Origin: an uncultured Candidatus Saccharibacteria bacterium
Lineage (GTDB): Bacteria; Patescibacteriota; Minisyncoccia; Phycocordibacterales; Phycocordibacteraceae
Direction: 5' to 3'
Assembly (NCBI GenBank): GCA_964546795.1
Contig: CAZJKG010000003.1
Location: 22,305 to 86,304, forward strand
Length of the DNA stretch: 64,000 nt
Below, one piece after another: positions 57,348 to 64,000 of this stretch. A program made the position numbers and the translations under genes. The notes beneath the pieces are model-generated. The model was not told where the DNA came from. It saw only the letters and a list, made by a program, of their open reading frames with translations, and did no database searches. The stretch's first letter is position 1, and the number at the start of each line of letters is the position of its first letter.

Positions 57348-58031
57348 ATGAAAAAAATACTTTTACTGCTATGCGTCCTGTCTCTCGGATTTGCCCCTCA
57401 TGTCTTTGCACAAGGTTTCGTTCCTCTGGCACCCATCCCCGGACTTACCGAGGGAGGAGCGGCCGACTCGAGCAATCTCGCACTCTTCTTCAATAATCTT
57501 TACAAATTCCTTATCGGTCTTGCAGCGGCGCTTGCGGTCATTGAAATTATCTGGGGTGGGTTGGAAATATCGACCAAGAAGGACTCGGTTAGCAAACAGA
57601 GTGACGGCAGGGAGCGCATCACGCAGGCGATCTTCGGTCTTATACTCGTCCTCTCGCCGGTGCTTGTTTTTTCCATCATTAATCCGAACATCCTGAATCT
57701 CTCACTCAATCTTAAGCCGCTTATTCTAACTGTACCTAAAAATGAGAGTACGGCGACGAAAATCATTGGAACTGGAACAATGAATGTAATTACGGGATCT
57801 GGCACTACAGAAATCGGTACCAAAGACGAAATATCTTCTTGTAGAAATGATGGTAATTGCGAGGATCAGAAAGCTTCGTGCAGAAAAAAGACCGGCCTTC
57901 CTCCTGAAGTTGGGTGTTTTACAGGCAGTTCCTTCAGACCATACGATGATTATAGTTCTGAACTTCAGGCATATTCGTGCCACACTGGAAAGCTAGTCGT
58001 TAAATGTGTGTTAACAGATTTTTCTATTTAA
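57348..58031 (+). CDS. CPR T4SS pilin-like (VirB2/TrbC-like) protein with Cys-rich C-terminus
   Basis: Signal peptide HVFA-Q, FVPLAPIP, LAVIEIIWGG..GRERITQAIFGLIL..INPNIL. Confidence 0.72.
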   Translation: MKKILLLLCVLSLGFAPHVFAQGFVPLAPIPGLTEGGAADSSNLALFFNNLYKFLIGLAAALAVIEIIWGGLEISTKKDSVSKQSDGRERITQAIFGLILVLSPVLVFSIINPNILNLSLNLKPLILTVPKNESTATKIIGTGTMNVITGSGTTEIGTKDEISSCRNDGNCEDQKASCRKKTGLPPEVGCFTGSSFRPYDDYSSELQAYSCHTGKLVVKCVLTDFSI

Positions 58032-58035
58032 TATT

Positions 58036-59286
58036 ATGCGCCGCTACCTTGCCATCGCAATAATCGTCCTCGGAATCGGGGTAGCGATATATTTTTATTT
58101 TTTCAGAAACACAACGGGTATCACTGTGACGCCTTCCGGGGGCGCGAGCTTCCCGGTCGCAGGCGGGGTCACGGGAACTTTTGGCACAGATTTGGAACAG
58201 ACAGGAGCTATTTCCTCGGGTTCACCCGTAAAAATATCCTCCCGACTCGTCAAGATAAGTGCAGGACCGATCGCGCTCGGCGAGGCCGTTGTCGATAGCA
58301 AAGCTATAAATGCAAGTTCTTCGCCAGAAGTTGCTGTGAAGTACATTGAACGCCAGAGTGGTAATGTATTCTCCTATTTGGTACGCGCTGGTACACTCAC
58401 TCGAACGTCTAATAAGACCCTTCCGAGCATTCAGACGGCCTCATGGCTTCCCGATGGGTCGCTTGCTTTTGTGCGCTATCTTTCGGGCAATGACTTTTCT
58501 ACTATCAATACCTATGCACTTGCTACGAATGGTTCCTCAGGCGAAATGTCAATTGGACAATCTACGACGACAAAGCAAAACGCTGCTGTCGGTGGATTCT
58601 TCCTTCCGCAAAACCTCGTCGATATCGCTGTTTCCGGAGCAAACATCCTCTCGCTCGCTTCCGGTGTGAATGGTTCTATAGCTTCGCTCGCACGCACGGA
58701 TGGCACTCATGCGACAACAGCATTCACAATACCGTTGTCTTCACTGCGTGTTTCTTTCGCGGGGAAGAATCAATATCTCGCGTTTACGAAACCCTCGGCG
58801 ACCGTCCCCGGTAGCGCTTTCATCATCGACAGCACGGGACGCTTCTCCCGTATCGCCGGACCGAAGATCGGCCTTGTCGCTCTTGCAAGCCCTTCGGGGA
58901 AATGGGTACTTGTAAGTTCTATAGAGGACGATGCCATGCGTATGGAACTTGTGAATGCAGCGACGGGCGATATACTTGCGCTCCCTATCGCAACCATCGC
59001 GGACAAGTGCGTCTGGACGGCTGATGATTCAACTATCTACTGCGGAGTTCCCGTAAATCCATCAGTTGGTTTCAATTATCCCGATGATTGGTATCAGGGA
59101 GCTATTGCCTTCAATGATCGCATTTGGAAGGTGCAGGTCTCGGGCCGTTATGCGCAGCTCGTGCTTGATTTCCCAACGGAAACCAAAAATTCTCTTGATG
59201 CTGAAGCACTTGCGATTAATCCTGCGGGCACGGTGCTTGTTTTCGTCAATAAAAACGACGGTTCATTGTGGTCGTATCAACTTTAA
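58036..59286 (+). CDS. Membrane-anchored beta-propeller-like protein
   Basis: N-terminal TM; WLPDG, ASPSGK, INPAGT repeats. Confidence 0.75.
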   Translation: MRRYLAIAIIVLGIGVAIYFYFFRNTTGITVTPSGGASFPVAGGVTGTFGTDLEQTGAISSGSPVKISSRLVKISAGPIALGEAVVDSKAINASSSPEVAVKYIERQSGNVFSYLVRAGTLTRTSNKTLPSIQTASWLPDGSLAFVRYLSGNDFSTINTYALATNGSSGEMSIGQSTTTKQNAAVGGFFLPQNLVDIAVSGANILSLASGVNGSIASLARTDGTHATTAFTIPLSSLRVSFAGKNQYLAFTKPSATVPGSAFIIDSTGRFSRIAGPKIGLVALASPSGKWVLVSSIEDDAMRMELVNAATGDILALPIATIADKCVWTADDSTIYCGVPVNPSVGFNYPDDWYQGAIAFNDRIWKVQVSGRYAQLVLDFPTETKNSLDAEALAINPAGTVLVFVNKNDGSLWSYQL

Positions 59287-59430
59287 ATACAAAATAATCT
59301 TATTGGTAACCCTTCACGCCTTCCAAATACAAGGCACGGCAAACGGTTTTTCAGAGGCGTACTGGAGGTACGACGGAGAAAAACCGTAGGTGTCCGTAAC
59401 GCAGTAGTTGGGAGGTGTGAGAGGTTACTC

Positions 59431-60150
59431 TTATTGTGCCAGTGCGCGCCGCATGTGCCACTCTTGTAATGCTCCGGCGAGATTTGTCGTGATGAAATAC
59501 AGCGCAATGGCACCGGAAGTCGTGTAGGAGATGGTTCCGATAAGAAAGGGGAAGACGTATTTGAGCTGCATGTTCATGACTTTCTGGAAGTCGCCCATCA
59601 TGCCGCTACTTGGAGATGGCTTCATAGTTCCTGAGAGTGCCATGTGTGCCTGGAGGAACTGGGTGAGGCCCGCTAATACTGCAAGAATGATACTTTTCCC
59701 GGCCATTGAGATGAGCCCGAGGAATTCGAGTGAAACGGTGTTGGGAACAGGAGTGAAGGTATAGAGCCGTGAGGTGTTGATTATTGAAAATGGTTCGTAG
59801 AGGAAGACAAAATAGAGCGCGAGGAGAACGGGAATCTGGATAAAAACAGTAAGGGTACTCGCAAACGGGTTCACGCGCGCCTCACGATAGAGCGCAAGCG
59901 TTTCAAGCGCTTCTTTCTCTTTATCACCCTTATGTTTCTCTTTTAGTTCTTTTATTTTTGGCTCCAGAACTTTCATCGCGAGTTGGGTGCGCGCTGCGGA
60001 AAGAGAAAAAGGGAGGAGTATAAGCCGAATAACAATAGTGAGCAGAATGACGGCGACGCCAGTATCACCGCCGGGAACGAGCGCCATGAGCGCCACAAGC
60101 GCATTGTATATCGGGTTGTAAAAAACGGTGTGAAAAAAAGTTGAGATCAC
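59431..60150 (-). CDS. yidC: Membrane protein insertase YidC
   Basis: LTIVIRLILLP, IQIPVL, ALYFITTN; rpmH-rnpA-yidC synteny. Confidence 0.93.
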   Translation of the reverse strand: MISTFFHTVFYNPIYNALVALMALVPGGDTGVAVILLTIVIRLILLPFSLSAARTQLAMKVLEPKIKELKEKHKGDKEKEALETLALYREARVNPFASTLTVFIQIPVLLALYFVFLYEPFSIINTSRLYTFTPVPNTVSLEFLGLISMAGKSIILAVLAGLTQFLQAHMALSGTMKPSPSSGMMGDFQKVMNMQLKYVFPFLIGTISYTTSGAIALYFITTNLAGALQEWHMRRALAQ

Positions 60151-60162
60151 GAAAATGCTACG

Positions 60163-60498
60163 TTATCGGTTGATGTTAGAAAGAAGATTGGCAAGCTCTA
60201 TTTTGATGTCTTGATAGTGTACACCAACAATGGATGGTCGTGGGAAGAGTATGAGGTTTTTGGGAAGGGGAAGCGTTTTGAGCGCGTGGAGTACGCGGCG
60301 TTTTATGAGATGTCTCGTAACCGAGAGACGGGCGACTTTTTTTGACACAACAACCGCATATCCGTACGTACCGTTTGGTAGGACATGGTCCTTTATCGTG
60401 AAGAGAACGGCTGTAAAATGCGGCGAGGAGAACCGCCGGCCGTGCTTAAGCAGGGCGGGAAACTTCGAGCGGGGAAGGCGTTCTCGGCGTGAGAACAC
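60163..60498 (-). CDS. rnpA: Ribonuclease P protein component
   Basis: AVVVSKKVARLSVTRHLIKRR; synteny. Confidence 0.88.
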   Translation of the reverse strand: MFSRRERLPRSKFPALLKHGRRFSSPHFTAVLFTIKDHVLPNGTYGYAVVVSKKVARLSVTRHLIKRRVLHALKTLPLPKNLILFPRPSIVGVHYQDIKIELANLLSNINR

Positions 60499-60504
60499 GA
60501 TGGA

Positions 60505-60642
60505 TCAGGCGGAAAGACGCGAACGGCCGGCGCGGCGACGGCCTCTCATAATTTTGCGGCCGGCGCTTGTTTTTCTTCGCGAAAGAAATCCGTGAGTTGT
60601 GGCACGCTTACGCTTTTTCGGTTGATACGTTCGTTTGGACAT
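60505..60642 (-). CDS. rpmH: 50S ribosomal protein L34 (not in the ORF track)
   Basis: [45 protein letters not shown]. Confidence 0.95.
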   Translation of the reverse strand: MSKRTYQPKKRKRATTHGFLSRRKTSAGRKIMRGRRRAGRSRLSA

Positions 60643-60738
60643 AGTGAGCAAAAATGGTTATACACATGATACTAACAGGTTCTCCCCGAAACACCAGTAT
60701 GGCTTGTGTTTGCACACAGGCGTATACTCCAGGGGACT

Positions 60739-62091
60739 ATGGACAAAAGAAATCCGCGCGAACTTTGGGAATACATACTTACTCAGGTCGAACTTTCCAT
60801 ATCTCCGGCGAATTTCAATACGTGGTTCCGTAACAGTTTCATCGTAAAGATAGGCGAGGATGGAGTGTTGCATGTCGGCGTGCCGAGTCAATTCTTCAAG
60901 GACTGGTACCTTAAAAAATTCCACACATTGCTGTTAAAGATTGTTCGGGATGTGTCATATGAATTCCGTAACATTGAGTATTGCATCGTGAAAGATGAGC
61001 GTCGCAAGGTTCCTAAGGAAATCAAGAGTGTGCGAGGCGCTCTGGAGCTTCCGCTCGACGAATTCTATATCAATAAAAGCGATAATTTGAATCCGCGCTA
61101 TACATTCGATACGTTCGTTATTGGTTCATTCAATAATCTGGCGTATGCGGCTGCGCAAGCAGCGCTCAGCCGTCCCGGCATCACCTATAATCCTCTTTTC
61201 ATTTACGGAGATACAGGCCGCGGTAAAACCCATTTGATACAAGCTATCGGCAATCAATTCAAAAAACAATATCAGGGACGAAAAGTATTCTATCTTACCT
61301 CGGAGAAATTCACGGTTGATTATACCGACTCGGTACAGGCGGGGACCGCCAACCGATTTAAGGACAAATATCGGCAATATGATCTTCTTATTATGGACGA
61401 TATACAATTCCTCTCCAAAAAAGATAAAACGCAAGAAGAATTGTTCCATCTTTTCAATGTATTGCATGATACGAACAAACAAATAATTTTTTCTTCAGAC
61501 CGTTCACCAATGGCTATTCCGGATATCACTGAACGGCTCAAGGGTCGTTTGGCAAGCGGTATGGCGGTGGATATTGGTGAACCGGACCCCGAATCGCGTA
61601 TGGCCATTGTACGCAAAAAGGCCGCCATTCATGGAATTATGCTCTCGGATGAGGTTGTTGATTATGTCGCGACTACTATGAGCGGCTCAATACGCGAGTT
61701 GGAGGGTATGGTAAATAGTATTATCTGTCACGCCCAAGTGAAGGGATTTGCACCAGATATAGCCGAAGTTCGTCAATCATTACGGTCGTTTACCCGGCCT
61801 CAGAAAAATATATCCGTAAAGAATGTTGTTGATAAAGTCGCTGAATTTTACGGTATTAATGAAGAAAGTATCTATGAAAAGACCCGAAGAAGGGAGGTGG
61901 TGAGACCTCGACAAATTATTATGTATATCCTCAGGGAGGATTTTCTTATATCCTATCCTACTATTGGTACTAAACTTGGTGGAAGGGATCATACGACTGT
62001 TATCCACTCTTGTGAAAAAATAAAACGTGAAGTTATTGTGGATAGTGAGCTTGCTCAAGAAATTCAAAATATACGTACCCTTCTTGTATGA
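60739..62091 (+). CDS. dnaA: Chromosomal replication initiator DnaA
   Basis: LNPRYTFDTFV, YNPLFIYGDTGRGKTHL, DDIQF, IRELEG, GRDHTTVIH. Confidence 0.98.
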   Translation: MDKRNPRELWEYILTQVELSISPANFNTWFRNSFIVKIGEDGVLHVGVPSQFFKDWYLKKFHTLLLKIVRDVSYEFRNIEYCIVKDERRKVPKEIKSVRGALELPLDEFYINKSDNLNPRYTFDTFVIGSFNNLAYAAAQAALSRPGITYNPLFIYGDTGRGKTHLIQAIGNQFKKQYQGRKVFYLTSEKFTVDYTDSVQAGTANRFKDKYRQYDLLIMDDIQFLSKKDKTQEELFHLFNVLHDTNKQIIFSSDRSPMAIPDITERLKGRLASGMAVDIGEPDPESRMAIVRKKAAIHGIMLSDEVVDYVATTMSGSIRELEGMVNSIICHAQVKGFAPDIAEVRQSLRSFTRPQKNISVKNVVDKVAEFYGINEESIYEKTRRREVVRPRQIIMYILREDFLISYPTIGTKLGGRDHTTVIHSCEKIKREVIVDSELAQEIQNIRTLLV

Positions 62092-62202
62092 ATACTAAAT
62101 CTATTTTATCAACACTATGTTCGTATATAAAAAAACAAAATATACAATCAATATCTATTATTTTTCACTTATCCACTTATCAACACTCTTAATAAGTCCT
62201 TT
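62092..62202. other. Probable replication origin (dnaA-dnaN intergenic)
   Basis: Very AT-rich; DnaA-box-like TTATCAACA (62106, 62177) and TTATCCACT (62169). Confidence 0.55.
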
Positions 62203-63303
62203 ATGAATATTTCAATAGAAAAGAAAATATTCTCTGAAGCAGTACATACTGTTGCACGATTTGCTGAACGTAAAAACACAACACTTCCAATATTATCCTC
62301 CATTCTTATAATTGCGGCGGATGATGGTATAAAAATGCGAGCAACAAATCTTGAAACAGGTATTGATTTAAAAGTACAAGGAGAAAGTATACATAATGGA
62401 GTTGTTGCAATTCCTGCAATCATCCTACAACAAATAGCAAGTTCACTCACTCATGAAGGGAAAATAATTATTGAACACCATGGGGATATTATTTCATTTA
62501 TAACTGGTACGGGTAAAAGTTTAATAAAAACTATTCCTCATGATGATTTTCCATCTATCCCATTTCCTGAAAATCCACAAAATAGAGTGGTTATTCCTGG
62601 AGTTCTTCTTCGTTCACTTTTCACTTCAATTGCGTTTTGTGCATCCTCCTCAACGGTCCGTCCAGAGCTTGCAAGTATGTATATTTCCATAGAAGGAGGA
62701 GTTCTTACTGCAGTCGCAACCGATTCATTCCGTCTCGCTGAGAAAAAAATTCCCCTCATGAGCAAGGGAACTCAAGGAAAATTTCTTATTCCCGCAAAAA
62801 ATGCTCTTGATATAGCTCAAGCATTACCGGACGACGATATTATTATGTCGTTCGATGAACATCAATGTGCTTTTGTGAGTAATTTTGGGATGCTCGTCTC
62901 TCGACTTACAAATGCGGTATATCCCGACTATCATCAAATCATACCGAGAGAATCGGTTGTTGAGGCAATACTATTGCGAAGGGATTTTGAAAATGCTCTA
63001 AAACGAACAACCATCTTTTCTGACTCCTTTCAGAAAGTACGGATTAGTTTTGATCCAAAAAAGAATCATTTTTCGCTTTTCGCACGAAATGCCGATATTG
63101 GTGAATCATCAGAAACACTTTCAGCGCAGATATCCGGAAGTGCTCTCGACCTATCCTTCAATCATCGATATTTGTCAGCGGCTCTAACACTTACCTCGAC
63201 AGAGAGCATTTCGCTACTTGCTGCCGGTATTGGCCGGCCGCTCATCATAAAAGGCGTCGGAGATACTTCGCTTATCTACCTTGTCTCGCCGATGAATCAA
63301 TAA
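62203..63303 (+). CDS. dnaN: DNA polymerase III beta sliding clamp
   Basis: LPILSSIL, ATNLE, VATDSFRL, YPDYHQIIP, YLVSPM. Confidence 0.96.
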   Translation: MNISIEKKIFSEAVHTVARFAERKNTTLPILSSILIIAADDGIKMRATNLETGIDLKVQGESIHNGVVAIPAIILQQIASSLTHEGKIIIEHHGDIISFITGTGKSLIKTIPHDDFPSIPFPENPQNRVVIPGVLLRSLFTSIAFCASSSTVRPELASMYISIEGGVLTAVATDSFRLAEKKIPLMSKGTQGKFLIPAKNALDIAQALPDDDIIMSFDEHQCAFVSNFGMLVSRLTNAVYPDYHQIIPRESVVEAILLRRDFENALKRTTIFSDSFQKVRISFDPKKNHFSLFARNADIGESSETLSAQISGSALDLSFNHRYLSAALTLTSTESISLLAAGIGRPLIIKGVGDTSLIYLVSPMNQ

Positions 63304-63306
63304 TTT

Positions 63307-64000
63307 CTAGGTAGTGGTTGCGACTGCCGATAGCGGGACGGGAAGCATAATGCCGCCCCAGAACAGATCCGGATGAGAAGCGTACCATGCAGAAATACCC
63401 TGTTCCCAATATTCAAACTGAGGGTCTTGCGCAGGATTAGAGAGCGGAAGACCTTGGGGATTATTTTTATCGGTCCAATACAATAAACTATGGGGTAGAA
63501 ATTTTCCCTGACCATCCAATACGCGCCAGTTTCCTTGGAGCATTGGCGGAACGGAAGCCAGTATAGGACTTGGTTCTCCAAAATAGGTCTTCGGATATTT
63601 TGAAAGAGCGTACGCCATGGCTTCGTGCCACATTGGTGCAGCAATGAATCCTGCGATGGATTTCACCATCGGAGAATTATCATTGTTGCCCGCCCAGACG
63701 CCGAGCGCGATGGAGGGAGTGTAGCCGATGACCCACGCGTCTCGTGTATCATCAGTGGTTCCGGTTTTGACTGCCACATCATAGTCGCGGAAAGAAAGGG
63801 GGGAATCGAGCGGATATTCCGGCAAGCGCGCTGGTGCGTCTGAAAGCATTGCGGAGACATCGCGCGCTATGTTCTCAGGCACTACTTGCACAGGTCGCGA
63901 TGTGTATTTCTCAAGTACGTTCCCTTGAGCATCGATTACTTCAAGTATGCCGGTCGGAGTATTTTTTACTCCGTCGTTCGCAAAGGCGGCGTAGGCGCCC
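63307..64000 (-). CDS. Penicillin-binding protein, transpeptidase C-terminal part (5' end outside window)
   Basis: AYAAFANDG, AVKTGTTDDTRDAWVIGYTP, GVWAGNNDN, AAPMW. Confidence 0.9.
   Translation of the reverse strand, partial: GAYAAFANDGVKNTPTGILEVIDAQGNVLEKYTSRPVQVVPENIARDVSAMLSDAPARLPEYPLDSPLSFRDYDVAVKTGTTDDTRDAWVIGYTPSIALGVWAGNNDNSPMVKSIAGFIAAPMWHEAMAYALSKYPKTYFGEPSPILASVPPMLQGNWRVLDGQGKFLPHSLLYWTDKNNPQGLPLSNPAQDPQFEYWEQGISAWYASHPDLFWGGIMLPVPLSAVATTT

Noticed and set aside
52694-59286. VirB4/PrgI block as a conjugative element (ICE)
   Set aside because: No relaxase, coupling protein, integrase or boundaries in the window; it sits among core genes as in CPR chromosomal T4SS-like loci.

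Overview
Core chromosomal region of a Patescibacteria/CPR bacterium, probably Parcubacteria (inferred from gene content). Genetic code 11: TGA is a stop. It contains the str/S10 region (rpsL-rpsG-fusA-tuf-rpsJ-rplCDW), housekeeping genes, 4 tRNAs, a type IV pilus block, competence genes (comEC, comM), a split CPR-type T4SS-like gene set (PrgI/VirB4/pilin and a VirB6-like block), and yidC-rnpA-rpmH-dnaA-dnaN with a probable oriC. No CRISPR array, prophage or transposase gene was seen. The main non-gene signal is four copies of a 60-115 bp hairpin element (CC[C/A]GTTAGA...TCTAA[C/T][G/A]GG). Each copy sits exactly at a start codon (dksA-like, ppa, pgk, pilin), duplicates ATGNN and recreates the ATG, with co-varying stems and unrelated interiors. 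Other observations: several more palindromic element families, some in frame inside genes; a probable remote DGR target gene; many apparently leaderless core genes contrasting with SD-led single-gene orphan cassettes; an antisense-to-tRNA structure; and a parS cluster. All calls come from reading the sequence; no searches were run.
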